NCBI GenBank assembly: GCA_024275415.1
Contig: JAJRZD010000034.1
Coordinates: forward strand, 30,001-62,000
Source of the DNA: an archaeon
Lineage (GTDB): Archaea; Asgardarchaeota; Thorarchaeia; Thorarchaeales; Thorarchaeaceae
DNA: 32,000 bases
Direction of reading: 5' to 3'
The notes below the pieces were generated by a model. The model was not told where the DNA came from, searched no databases, and worked only from the letters and a program-made list of their open reading frames with translations. Positions 6,201-15,968 of the stretch are shown in pieces. Within the stretch, counting starts at the first letter, position 1, and each line of letters starts with the position of its first letter. Position numbers and translations under genes: made by a program.

Positions 6201-7841
6201 ATGAGTAATGTGGTGACCCGTAACAAGTTCATTGTCGTCGCGTTCGTGATGACGATAGTGTTGAGCGGACTGACCTTTGGTAATCTTCCTGGGCAACCGG
6301 TGCCTCCTGATATTCAAGTGGTCGATGGGATAGTCTATAATTTCGCTGACTATGCAGCAGTAGATCATGAGATGTTAGCGATTTTCAACTATCTTAACAC
6401 ACTAGTAAGCCGCGACTATCAGGGATATGGTGAATGGGACGGATGGTATGCCGAAAACTTCCACGGTCTGCAACATTATGTTATCGCTTTCATGGCATAC
6501 TCGGTATCTTTTCTTTTCGAAACGACTTCAGGGTATCGCACTGCATACTATCAGAACTTCCTCTATGACCTTATCAAGAAGATGAATACAACAATGGAAG
6601 AATGGGGCGAGAACAGCATAGAGTACAATGAATGGCTGCATCCAGACTATAATTATGTTGATTACTATTACCCCAATGACCCCAATGATACCACCGCAGT
6701 CTATACTGGTGGCTTCAGGGGTCCTGCAAACATCATGTGGACAGGACATTATGCGTTGATGATGTCTTTGTATGAACGATTGTTCAATACTGGAGAGATG
6801 AAAGATGAGATTACATGGTTCATGAATGACTGGGAGAACTCGCTCACAACAGATGGCAGAGGAAATCCACAGGATGGTGGGATTTGGGAAACCGGTCTGA
6901 TTCCTTGCGAGCCATACATAGTCTTTGTACAATGTAACTCCGTCCCGATTACGACTACACGTCTTTACGATAGCATGTATGGGACGACCTACTTCGACAG
7001 TGGAATGTGGGACTATGGACTTGACTTCATCAACAATGTAATGCAGGATCCATACGACCTGTTCATGGATGGATACTATGTAGACAGACCCACCTCGCTC
7101 TACTATGATCAATCTCGACTGCCCCCTGATCCCCGAGGCCCCGCACAGTCCCCCTATGCCGATGGACGACCGAAGGTGTCTTCTTACTGTGATGCATGGT
7201 CGCTTGCTTTCTTGGATTATACTCAACCCGAAGAAACTCAGCGTGACTACCCGATATTCAAGGATCTTTTCCTGAAAGATGTCAGTACGGACATGGCTTA
7301 CATAATCGACACCTACAACAACCCCCAAGGTTTTGGGACATATGATATCCTTGGAACCCTCTTTTCCATGCACCTTGCGAATCAGATGAAGGATTATGCG
7401 ACACTTGACAGGTTGACTAATTTCTTCTATAGCATTTTCAACAAGGTGTGGTCATCAGATGGCCGGATGATGTATTTCGATGCGTCTGACTTGGAGCCGT
7501 TCCTCACACCTGTGGCATCATTTGGATGGATTTATGGACACTCTTCATATACAATAAAGGACATCACAGAGGCACGCTCAGCCGAGTTCTGGGACTACCC
7601 ATACATCAGTGCGGCTGATGACTCGTCCATCTGGGTGTATCAGGCGGTATGGGACGAGCACAAGAACGCCTTCATCTTGAACATCAAAGTGGATCAGGCT
7701 GCAACCCTCTCATTCAGTAATTTTGAGTCAACCCCAACGGCATATATCAGTGGATTGAGGTTCAGTGAACTTGTTTTGTCTGGTGAAGGACTCTATGATC
7801 TCATCCTTTCTCCCGGGACATATCAGATAGTTATAATGTGA
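6201..7841 (+). CDS. Secreted linalool dehydratase/isomerase (Ldi)-like protein with C-terminal extension
   Basis: N-terminal signal/TM segment. Collinear Ldi motifs: HYVIAFMAY, ANIMWTGHYALMMSLY, GLIPCEPYIVFVQCNSV, YDSMYGTTY, SSYCDAWSLAF, YPIFKDLF, LFSMHLANQMKD. GAGGT SD upstream. Confidence 0.85.
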   Translation: MSNVVTRNKFIVVAFVMTIVLSGLTFGNLPGQPVPPDIQVVDGIVYNFADYAAVDHEMLAIFNYLNTLVSRDYQGYGEWDGWYAENFHGLQHYVIAFMAYSVSFLFETTSGYRTAYYQNFLYDLIKKMNTTMEEWGENSIEYNEWLHPDYNYVDYYYPNDPNDTTAVYTGGFRGPANIMWTGHYALMMSLYERLFNTGEMKDEITWFMNDWENSLTTDGRGNPQDGGIWETGLIPCEPYIVFVQCNSVPITTTRLYDSMYGTTYFDSGMWDYGLDFINNVMQDPYDLFMDGYYVDRPTSLYYDQSRLPPDPRGPAQSPYADGRPKVSSYCDAWSLAFLDYTQPEETQRDYPIFKDLFLKDVSTDMAYIIDTYNNPQGFGTYDILGTLFSMHLANQMKDYATLDRLTNFFYSIFNKVWSSDGRMMYFDASDLEPFLTPVASFGWIYGHSSYTIKDITEARSAEFWDYPYISAADDSSIWVYQAVWDEHKNAFILNIKVDQAATLSFSNFESTPTAYISGLRFSELVLSGEGLYDLILSPGTYQIVIM

Positions 7842-7848
7842 GGTGGTC

Positions 7849-8487
7849 ATGACAATGGAAATAAACACAGATACTGTTGCACAGCAAGATGAACAAGTAA
7901 AGTCCTCAATCCGTGAGAAACTCCATATACAGTACAGTCATGCTGCATCGAGGACGTTACTTTTCGCAGTCGCTGGAGTATTCCTGTATATTGTAGTCTC
8001 CATGATTCCTATGCCTTTCAGAATGGTTGGTATACTGAAGTTCGGCCTATTACCTGCGGTCACCATCATTGCTCTCGTAGGAGCTACCCGAGGTTCCTTA
8101 GCCGGGTTCATTACTGGTTATCTGGGAGAGGTGCTCTACGGTCTGCTAGTCTACAACGTAGTCGTCACAATGACTCTCACGGCGGTTGCTTATGGAATCC
8201 TAGGGCTTGTAGTAGGCTTTGGCACATATGATTTTACAAACGGACGGTCGCTGGCAAAGCTTTCCATACTTGCGGTTATAGGATTTCTAATCACGATATT
8301 GCTAACTGTAGTTATTGGGATTGGCGTTGAGAAATACTCGTTACTGACCGCGATAGCATACCTCATGCTTCCCCTTGTGACATTAGGGCTTCCCACCCTC
8401 TTCTTCTTGACCCCTGTGCTTGCTAAGCTGTGTTTTGCAGTATCTGAGAAGGTGGTTTCCCTGTCGTCATATGATCCCACAGAATAG
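7849..8487 (+). CDS. ECF transporter S-component-like membrane protein
   Basis: About 5-6 TM helices, GATRGSLAGFITGYLGEVLYG pattern typical of S components; SD overlaps the stop of the upstream gene. Confidence 0.65.
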   Translation: MTMEINTDTVAQQDEQVKSSIREKLHIQYSHAASRTLLFAVAGVFLYIVVSMIPMPFRMVGILKFGLLPAVTIIALVGATRGSLAGFITGYLGEVLYGLLVYNVVVTMTLTAVAYGILGLVVGFGTYDFTNGRSLAKLSILAVIGFLITILLTVVIGIGVEKYSLLTAIAYLMLPLVTLGLPTLFFLTPVLAKLCFAVSEKVVSLSSYDPTE

Positions 8488-8573
8488 TTCGGCGATAGAA
8501 GCCCACTTCCACTACCTCTCGCTCTCCGTCCATGTGATAACGCTTTTCACGTCAATGATGAATTGATGTAATC

Positions 8574-8993
8574 ATGAAAAGCTATACAAAGTACCTAACC
8601 TTCCATGTCAATGCCCGGATGGATTTCATACACATAACGCCACAGGTACAGACTGCCGTGACCGAGAGCGGGGTCAAAGAGGGACTGTGCCTTGTGAATT
8701 CAATGCATATCACATCAAGCATATTCATCAATGACAATGAACCTGGTCTCCATTCAGACTATAAGCGTTGGTTGGAAAAGTTGGCGCCTCATGATCCAAT
8801 CAGCAACTATCGGCACAATCGGACAGGCGAAGACAATGGTGATGCCCATCTTAAACGACAGATTATGGGCCGTGAGGTCATCATCGCCATTACGAACGGG
8901 AAGCTCGACTTGGGAACTTGGTAACGCGTTTTCTACGGGGAATTTGATGGTCATCGGGATAAGCGCGTGTTGATAAAAATCATTGGTGAGTGA
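8574..8993 (+). pseudogene. yjbQ: YjbQ (UPF0047) family gene with an in-frame TAA at 8922-8924
   Basis: [38 protein letters not shown], then the frame continues [25 protein letters not shown], the conserved YjbQ C-terminus. Confidence 0.85.
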
Positions 8994-9010
8994 TGGCATT
9001 CTTTAGGCGC

Positions 9011-10219
9011 CTACTTTGTCAATTCACTATAGACCTCAAGCAGCCTTGGAACATGGGATTTAAGGTCAAATCTCTCTTTCACAGTAGAACGTGAATTCTG
9101 GCGAATCCTATCATACAATCTGTTGTCTGTTAGAAGACGTTCAATCGCATCCGCGAGAGCCTTTGGGTTCCCGGGTGTGATTGTGTATCCGTCTTGCATA
9201 TGTGTCACTATCTCACTGGGTCCATACACGTTTGCTGTGATGACAGGGACTTCACACGCCATCCCTTCCAACACAGAAAGGCCAAAAGGTTCTCTTCGTG
9301 AAGGGTACAGGAATATCCGACTGGCATTGATTATTCTAGGCACTCTTTCCGCCTCAATGACCCCAAGATAGTCAACACGGTTCTTGACATCTCTCTTCTC
9401 TAAATCATCCAGAAGTATCTGCCTTAGAGACCCCTCTCCAGTCATCACCATTCGGATATGGGGATATCGCTTCTGTAAAATGTCAAGCATCTCTGGGAAG
9501 GTATCGACCCCTTTCATATGCTCAAGTCGCCCTAAGAATGCAATATCCCATTTCTTTTCAGCCGCTGGGTCTGGAACGAACACATTGAGGTCGATTCCTA
9601 TGTATAGTCGCTGAACCCGATTGTCTTTTCCTTGGCTTCGAAGTAGATTACGAAGGGCAACTGCGACGGTTTCGCTTACACCAATGATTCTGTCAAATGG
9701 ACAATATGCTGCAAGCTGCTCATAGTCTGTCGTGTGGACATTTCCTGGAAGGATTATGGATTTTGGTAATCCGTGAATTGTGATCAGACAAGGGATTTGT
9801 TGAACCTTATTTGTCAGTGATAATGCGTGGAGTACTCTGTTGAAAACGATGTATGTGCTATGTGCATGAATGACATCAGGTTGAAGTTGTCTGATGATTT
9901 CTGTGAGCTGCTCGGTCAGGGCAGCAACATTCGTTTCAATGTCGTTATTTGTGAATAACCGACTAATATGTGAAGCACGCTCTTCTTCTGGGATTGCAAG
10001 GAATTCCCATTTTCTAGCCTCAAGATAGTTGCCGGGGATATTGAATATCGTGTACAATCCCTTGTGTTCCTGCGCAGGCGTATTTTTTCGGGAAGCCTGA
10101 GTTACTATGAACGACTCATGTCCATACAAACTCATCTCATTGGAAAGATAGTGCAGATACGACTCGTAGCCCCCCAAGCCAGCAGGATTAAGGCTATCAC
10201 ATAGATGAACGATGCGCAT
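9011..10219 (-). CDS. GT4-family glycosyltransferase
   Basis: GGYE N-terminal motif, DVIHAH, FLGRLEHMKG, PSRREPFGLSVLEGMAC. Confidence 0.93.
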   Translation of the reverse strand: MRIVHLCDSLNPAGLGGYESYLHYLSNEMSLYGHESFIVTQASRKNTPAQEHKGLYTIFNIPGNYLEARKWEFLAIPEEERASHISRLFTNNDIETNVAALTEQLTEIIRQLQPDVIHAHSTYIVFNRVLHALSLTNKVQQIPCLITIHGLPKSIILPGNVHTTDYEQLAAYCPFDRIIGVSETVAVALRNLLRSQGKDNRVQRLYIGIDLNVFVPDPAAEKKWDIAFLGRLEHMKGVDTFPEMLDILQKRYPHIRMVMTGEGSLRQILLDDLEKRDVKNRVDYLGVIEAERVPRIINASRIFLYPSRREPFGLSVLEGMACEVPVITANVYGPSEIVTHMQDGYTITPGNPKALADAIERLLTDNRLYDRIRQNSRSTVKERFDLKSHVPRLLEVYSELTK

Positions 10220-10286
10220 AAGAGGGAACTGTATTCCAAAGTCTTGTACCTTCCGCTATATATCAATCACAGTTGAGTGTGTAAAA

Positions 10287-11339
10287 ATGAACGATAACCC
10301 TCGACAGCAGCGGTTCCGCGATCGAGATGTCCTATTGGATAATGAAGGACGGGTCTTTGTTGTGTTGGGGCACATCCAACCCCGAGACCGAGTGATTTCT
10401 TTTCTAAAATATATCCCTGACCCACAAGGAAGATGGGCATTAGGTTCTCAGAAGTACCGCCGGGTTTTTTGGGGTGGGGTCGATTCAGTGGTCAACGGGA
10501 TTGACACAGTCCCGAAGCATTATGTGATACAAGATTCTCATTTCGGAACTGACCTGCTTGAAGTCCCGACCGAGGATATCCAACGCCATTTTCTACCCGA
10601 GGAACGACTTGGTGCAATCATGGAGGAAGGCCCTGTCGATAGATTGGAAGCGTCAGCAATGGGACTTGCCGTAGCCCTCCATGAAACACTTGGAATTGAC
10701 TACTCGGATATAGGGGTTGCAGGGAGTATCCTTTGGAAAGCACACAATCCGAGTTTTTCGGATGTCAATATGAATATCTACGGGTTCGATAATTCATGGC
10801 GTCTGAAACAGAACTGTGATTTGGTCTGTTCGGCTGATAAGGTGCGACTAAGAGAATCTGGAGAGTGGCTCAAAGCTACTGAGAGAATTCGAGAGCGAAT
10901 ACCTACCCTTGCACAACGTGATATTGATCGATTATTCAAGCGGAGGTTCGCCTTCTATTATGGGGATCAGTGTATTGGGGTCACACCTGTCCTTCGTCCT
11001 GAAGAATGTCCAATCCGATATGGGGAGGAGTCTTACCAAACCCTCTCTAATGAACCTATCAAAACCTTATTTGATGTGGCGGACTCTAGATACGGTCTTT
11101 TCTGTCCGGGTATAATCAAGGGCACGTCGCCTTCTCTAGACCGATTTCACGGGATTAAGGTGTCGCGTTTGCTGATTTATGACGGTGTATTCGCCGGCTT
11201 GATTGAAGAAGGAGATACCATTGAAGTCGTTGGAACTCTGCAACGAGTGAATCCCGTCGGAGAAATCGGAGAATCTTTCTATCAGATTATGGTTGGAACA
11301 AAGGAAGGTGGAGGGAAGGAGCTTGTTCGGTTCCTGTAA
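10287..11339 (+). CDS. Predicted archaeal nucleotidyltransferase (COG1665-like)
   Basis: FRDRD...EG..F.VLG..QP.DRV..FLKY.P N-terminus; GVAGSIL...SDVNM nucleotidyltransferase-like motif; OB-like C-terminus. ATG 10287 avoids overlap with the divergent GT4 gene. Confidence 0.75.
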   Translation: MNDNPRQQRFRDRDVLLDNEGRVFVVLGHIQPRDRVISFLKYIPDPQGRWALGSQKYRRVFWGGVDSVVNGIDTVPKHYVIQDSHFGTDLLEVPTEDIQRHFLPEERLGAIMEEGPVDRLEASAMGLAVALHETLGIDYSDIGVAGSILWKAHNPSFSDVNMNIYGFDNSWRLKQNCDLVCSADKVRLRESGEWLKATERIRERIPTLAQRDIDRLFKRRFAFYYGDQCIGVTPVLRPEECPIRYGEESYQTLSNEPIKTLFDVADSRYGLFCPGIIKGTSPSLDRFHGIKVSRLLIYDGVFAGLIEEGDTIEVVGTLQRVNPVGEIGESFYQIMVGTKEGGGKELVRFL

Positions 11340-11391
11340 GGCGGTTTGTCGAATCACAAGTGTCTTAGGTGTACACTAGACTGATACTGTG

Positions 11392-12453
11392 ATGAGCGAA
11401 GAAGTTCCTTTCCTGAGTGTGCCATCCAAGTATGGTGAAGAGATACGCCAAAGGCTTCTGAGTTTGGGCATATTTGACCCCAACTACAGACTTGTTTCCA
11501 AAGATGGCAGGCTTTTCTTTCCTCTCAGAAGGCCGCTTATTGTTAATGAGCTGATTCCAGAACTGAACTCAATTGATTATCATATTGGAGTTATGGACTT
11601 CCCCAAAGCGCGAATCGACCCACGCACATTAGCAGAAGCACTGAGAGGGATCCTTCCTGACGACGAATTGGCTCTTCTCCCTAGAGCTTATGATTTGATT
11701 GGCGATATTGCGGTCTTGGAGATTCCTGACGAGATTGCTCAGCATGGTGCCCTAATAGGTGAGAAGTTCCTCAAGATACATCGTAATTTCGTTACGGTCT
11801 TGAGAAAAAAGAGTGCAATAACTGGCATCGTCAGAACCCGAAGATATGACCTCCTAGCAGGTGTGGATAAGACAGATACTATTCATACAGAATATGGCTG
11901 TCGTATTGTAGTGGATCTTTCAAGAGCATATTTCAGCCCACGTTTGTTAGAGGAGCATCGTAGGGTTGCGGCTCAAGTAACCGGTTCAGAATATGTAGTA
12001 GATATGTTTACAGGTGTCGGACCGTTTCCGCTGCACATAGCAAAGCGTACCACTGCCAACGTGATCGCAGTCGATGTGAATCCTAGCGCAATTGATTTGT
12101 TGAGGAAAAGCATGACTCTCAACCGTCTGAAGGGGATTATCATGCCTGTGGTATCTGATATCAAACGATATGTCGCTTCGGTTAAAACAGGCACCGCCGA
12201 TCGAGTGATAATGAATCATCCATCAGATGCTATCAGTTTCATAGATGAGGCATGTACCCTACTCCGAGCAGGAGGCATCATGCACTATTACGATTTCATC
12301 GGTGGTAACGATGTTGAAGGCACAGTGATTGCAAAGGTTCAGAAAGCCGTAGAATCGTCAGGCCGAAGGGTTCGAGATGTACTACTGGTTCGCAAGGTGC
12401 GGGACAGCGCGCCCTACGAGTATCATGTGGCAGTAGATGCGGTCATAGAGTGA
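11392..12453 (+). CDS. trm5: tRNA (guanine37-N1)-methyltransferase Trm5 (Met-10+ family)
   Basis: YDLIGDIAV, TIHTEYG, YFSPRL..E..R, DMFTGVGPF, DRVIMNHP. Confidence 0.9.
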   Translation: MSEEVPFLSVPSKYGEEIRQRLLSLGIFDPNYRLVSKDGRLFFPLRRPLIVNELIPELNSIDYHIGVMDFPKARIDPRTLAEALRGILPDDELALLPRAYDLIGDIAVLEIPDEIAQHGALIGEKFLKIHRNFVTVLRKKSAITGIVRTRRYDLLAGVDKTDTIHTEYGCRIVVDLSRAYFSPRLLEEHRRVAAQVTGSEYVVDMFTGVGPFPLHIAKRTTANVIAVDVNPSAIDLLRKSMTLNRLKGIIMPVVSDIKRYVASVKTGTADRVIMNHPSDAISFIDEACTLLRAGGIMHYYDFIGGNDVEGTVIAKVQKAVESSGRRVRDVLLVRKVRDSAPYEYHVAVDAVIE

Positions 12454-12874
12454 CAAAATCGAGTTCACACTGTATAATGGCTTCACGGGTCTGAATACTC
12501 CTAATGAACTCCCTATCCAAATCGGAAGCCGCCTTGTCAGCCTGTACCATCAACGTTCGCCCGCACTCGTAGGAGCTTGTGCGCACAACCATACTTGTAT
12601 TACTTTCATATGTCAGCCTTGGACTCCCATAGCCTGTTATTTCCTCTTCGATTGAATCTAAAACTAACCTGAGTCGTATCTGTGTGTCTGCAGATTGTGC
12701 GAGTATCTTAAGGCTGCTGTCTAGATTTTTAAGGGTGATTTCAGAATTGATCCCAATTATGCATGTCCCACGTGGAGTCAGGTATCCCTCACTAGTGAGT
12801 TCTAGTGTTGTCTTGTGTTTGCCAACGATATTTTCATGGCCATAGGCTCGAAATGAAACACGAGGCATACCCAT
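12443..12874 (-). CDS. DUF371 family protein
   Basis: AYGHENI.G.H.TTLELT.E..LTPRGTCIIG ... RT....ADKAA.DLDR. Confidence 0.9.
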   Translation of the reverse strand: MGMPRVSFRAYGHENIVGKHKTTLELTSEGYLTPRGTCIIGINSEITLKNLDSSLKILAQSADTQIRLRLVLDSIEEEITGYGSPRLTYESNTSMVVRTSSYECGRTLMVQADKAASDLDREFIRSIQTREAIIQCELDFVTL

Positions 12875-12926
12875 CAATTTTTCTCAATGCTTTTATCAAT
12901 GCATGTATAGTACTCGACTGATTCCA

Positions 12927-13616
12927 ATGTCTGATGAACATCTTCAAAGGCAGAAAGAGCAGCTCATTTCTAGCTTGAAGGCTAGAGGATATTTGGTGTC
13001 TGACAAGGTCGAGAGGGCAATCCGTGCTGTACCCAGGGAAGAATTCGTACATCCAGGCAATAGGAAACATGCGTATCGTGACAATCCCCTTTCGATTATG
13101 CATGGGCAAACGATATCTGCCCCTCATATGTGTGTCATCATGTGTGAGGGACTTGATTTAGATGAAGGAATGGTCGTATTGGATGTAGGGGCTGGTTCAG
13201 GTTATCACGCAGCATTGTGTGCCGAAATCGTTGCCCCGACAGACGCAAAACATCTCGGGCATGTCTATTCGGTTGAGATTGTGAAGGAGCTTGTTGAATT
13301 TGCCCGGGCAAATCTTGAGAGGTCTGGATACTCTGATAGAGTGACCATTATTCATGGTGACGGTGGGCTTGGGCTAGAGCAATACGCTCCCTTTGACAGG
13401 ATCCTTGTCGCTGCTGCTGCTCCGTCTGTCCCTGTTCCTCTTACTGACCAGTTGAAACCCAATGGGATCATGCTGATACCAGTAGGCTCCCCAGGATTCT
13501 ATCAAGAACTGATGCTCGTGAAGAAATCCGAAAGCGGTGACATCACCCAGAAAAGATGGGGTGGTGTGGCTTTTGTCCCCCTTACCGGGAAATTCGGTTA
13601 TGACTCACATCGCTAG
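12927..13616 (+). CDS. pcm: Protein-L-isoaspartate O-methyltransferase
   Basis: AY.D.PL.I..GQTISAPHM, LDVGAGSGYHAA, GDGGLG....APFDRI.V.AAA, L.IPVG. Start may be 12903. Confidence 0.95.
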   Translation: MSDEHLQRQKEQLISSLKARGYLVSDKVERAIRAVPREEFVHPGNRKHAYRDNPLSIMHGQTISAPHMCVIMCEGLDLDEGMVVLDVGAGSGYHAALCAEIVAPTDAKHLGHVYSVEIVKELVEFARANLERSGYSDRVTIIHGDGGLGLEQYAPFDRILVAAAAPSVPVPLTDQLKPNGIMLIPVGSPGFYQELMLVKKSESGDITQKRWGGVAFVPLTGKFGYDSHR

Positions 13617-14285
13617 ATGGAGCGGGATTATGGTAAGTGTGATAGGATCCGAGTCTGTCAGCTTGAGCTTCTTTCTAATATTCACAGGCGCAATGATTTC
13701 AAGAATATCTTCGCTATGATGTGTCCGTTGGGCAATCACAATGGCTGCCTCTATCTTATCATTTACTATGGCTCTATAGCAGATGACATCACCAAATGTC
13801 CTACCTTCGTGAGTGAACCCGGTCACTACCTGAGGTGGAGTGTGTCGCATTCGTCTTATTGCATGTCTTGCATCCTCAGTCGTTACTCTGATATTCAACG
13901 TACCGAGGAATGGTTCAAACCCAAGGGCCTTTTTGAAGCGCTCTGCATAAACCTCAACATAATATGCCCCTTCTCCCAATCCCCCAACGACATAGCCTTG
14001 GATTTTAATCTCATCTTTTGGAGGTGCGAATGCAATCTCAAGCGTGCTGAACACCCGTTGCAGTTGATCTCTGCCTGTTTCTGTAATTCTGAGTTGCATC
14101 CCGTTTACAGTATGAGCACGCATGATATACCCCTCATTCACACAGTCGTTGATTCGCCGCGAGGCAGTTTGCTGACTGACACCGAGATCTTTCCCCAGAT
14201 CGCTAGTCTTAAGCAATATGACATCGTGCAACGCACCATATTTTGCCAATGACAACAAAGTGAACCATGTTTCAGGCCGAATCAT
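13605..14285 (-). CDS. ribK: HTH-fused CTP-dependent riboflavin kinase (RbkR-type)
   Basis: N-terminal winged HTH (LGVSQQTASRR), then G.V.GGLGEGAYYV, PFLGTLN, RTHH...LEIIAP..IR..L.L.D.D. Confidence 0.92.
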   Translation of the reverse strand: MIRPETWFTLLSLAKYGALHDVILLKTSDLGKDLGVSQQTASRRINDCVNEGYIMRAHTVNGMQLRITETGRDQLQRVFSTLEIAFAPPKDEIKIQGYVVGGLGEGAYYVEVYAERFKKALGFEPFLGTLNIRVTTEDARHAIRRMRHTPPQVVTGFTHEGRTFGDVICYRAIVNDKIEAAIVIAQRTHHSEDILEIIAPVNIRKKLKLTDSDPITLTIIPLHLAM

Positions 14286-14298
14286 CCATAACCTGCTC

Positions 14299-14940
14299 CT
14301 ACGAAGAATCCTTTTGCTTCATTCGTTCTTCAAACTCGCTGAGTTCTTGCATCATCTTGTTCTGCCGCACAGCATTGGTGACATCTCCTCTGGTTCTCTC
14401 AATTAAGTTTCGTGCTATGTCGCATTTCCTTCTGAGATCTGGGATAAGTGCATTCGGGAAGTCGAACTCTTTCAGCCCCTCGAAAATGTGCTCCATCAAC
14501 GCAAGTAATTCAGTGGACTTGTTGATATCATCACGCCTCAGGCTCTCTAGCACGGCCCTTCTGAGTTCCCCGATGGTGTCACCCATCCCCGATAGGTATG
14601 CTCTTGATGGGATGTCATACTCTGATGGTGTGGTGATCTCACCTCTCTCTAATATTGAAAGGACATTCGCAGCCTCTGCCAGCTCCTGAAATGCCGTATC
14701 TAGGATGTGCGATTTGAGCAAGTACTCACTCTCTGCAATCTCGGTCTTTACCTCCTCAATGATCGAGTTCGCTTCATCGAGGGCAATTTTAGCCAGTTCA
14801 AACTCTCCTCTATGGGACATCTTGATGGATTCTGAGCACTTCCTTACAGCCTTCCGCGCAAGAGGGAGTGCCTTCTCTCGGACAGCATCATCTTTCTCAA
14901 TTTCCTCTCTAATCTTGCCTAATACGCTCTCAAAATCCAT
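14299..14940 (-). CDS. Archaeal translin/C3PO-family RNA-binding protein
   Basis: D.VRE.AL..AR..VR....I...HRG, QELAEA, AYL.G.GD.IGELRR, LRRK.D.AR...ERT. Confidence 0.88.
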   Translation of the reverse strand: MDFESVLGKIREEIEKDDAVREKALPLARKAVRKCSESIKMSHRGEFELAKIALDEANSIIEEVKTEIAESEYLLKSHILDTAFQELAEAANVLSILERGEITTPSEYDIPSRAYLSGMGDTIGELRRAVLESLRRDDINKSTELLALMEHIFEGLKEFDFPNALIPDLRRKCDIARNLIERTRGDVTNAVRQNKMMQELSEFEERMKQKDSS

Positions 14941-14946
14941 ATCCAA

Positions 14947-15945
14947 TCACCGTTGTTCGTTCTCCAGTCGCTTTATGTGTTTTCCACGCGCCAATAATAC
15001 TACTCTGCTCTCTGTTTGCTCGTCGACAAGATAGTACCCAGTCAATGATGCAATTTTTTGTCCAAAGGCCCTGATTTCTGATTGCGGTGTGGCATTGTCT
15101 GGCGAGAGCCGTTCCCGTGAAAGGCCAATGTGCATGTAGCCCTTTACCTCTATGAAATCGGGCTCTCCAAGATTGATTAGTTTTGCATACTGTCGTATTC
15201 CATGCATGTTCCGTCCGGTAACCATCGTCAATCGGTTAACGGTTCGACAATCTAGGGATTGCAGCATCTCCTGAGATTCTAACAGCTTTTCCCATGCATT
15301 CTTCACCCCTGGTTTTAGCAACTGGGAATGCACCTCCTTGTCAGGTGATGCCAGTGTGATGTATAATTGGGTCGGGAGAGTGATGTCTGCGAGAACATCA
15401 GGACGTGTGCCATTAGTGACAAGAAATGATGTCATCCCACGTCGGTCTATCTCTTCTATGAACTCACTTAAGAATGGATACAGGGTGGGCTCACCAGCCA
15501 AGGAAATCGCAACATGCTTTGGTTCTCGTGCTTCCAAATATTTGTCCTTTGGGACATTGGCTCCAGCATCCGGGTTATACCCTCCCAATGAACGAAGATT
15601 GGCCTTCAACGTTTCATCGAGAAGCTTTGTAGGTGACAGGACATCCTGAGATCCCACTACTGTCTGATTCCATCCGATACCAATATCCTTCGGAGTCACT
15701 CTCCAACAGAACTCACAGTTTTGCGTGCATTTGTCTACAACAGGGGTCATCTGCAGGCATCGGTGCGATTCAATACCATAGAACTTTTGTTTGTAACATA
15801 CATCTCCATGGAGAAGACTTTTTCTCTGCCACTGGCATGCTTTGAAAGCGCCTCTCACACCAAGTAAATGGTAACCCTGTTTTTCGAGCCTGTGTTTGAG
15901 TTCTTTTGGCAATTCCTCTGGCAATGTGACACTCACTTGGTGCAA
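14947..15945 (-). CDS. tyw1: 4-demethylwyosine synthase TYW1/Taw1 (radical SAM)
   Basis: K.C.W....L, CYKQKFYGI.SHRC.QMTP, CTQNCEFCWR, HVAISLAGEPTLYP, FLVTNGT, IEVKGYM..G.SR.RL. Confidence 0.95.
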   Translation of the reverse strand: MHQVSVTLPEELPKELKHRLEKQGYHLLGVRGAFKACQWQRKSLLHGDVCYKQKFYGIESHRCLQMTPVVDKCTQNCEFCWRVTPKDIGIGWNQTVVGSQDVLSPTKLLDETLKANLRSLGGYNPDAGANVPKDKYLEAREPKHVAISLAGEPTLYPFLSEFIEEIDRRGMTSFLVTNGTRPDVLADITLPTQLYITLASPDKEVHSQLLKPGVKNAWEKLLESQEMLQSLDCRTVNRLTMVTGRNMHGIRQYAKLINLGEPDFIEVKGYMHIGLSRERLSPDNATPQSEIRAFGQKIASLTGYYLVDEQTESRVVLLARGKHIKRLENEQR

Positions 15946-15968
15946 GACTCCTTCGTGCTTATCAGCAT

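Noticed and set aside
6528-7373. 281-aa antisense ORF within the Ldi-like gene, and other long antisense ORFs such as 13617-14252
   Set aside because: Shadows of well-supported genes on the opposite strand with no recognisable motifs.
8922-8924. Stop-codon reassignment (TAA read-through) to explain the yjbQ and LAGLIDADG-like stops
   Set aside because: TAA is the natural terminator of several intact genes here (NOG1, the COG1665-like gene, the radical SAM gene).
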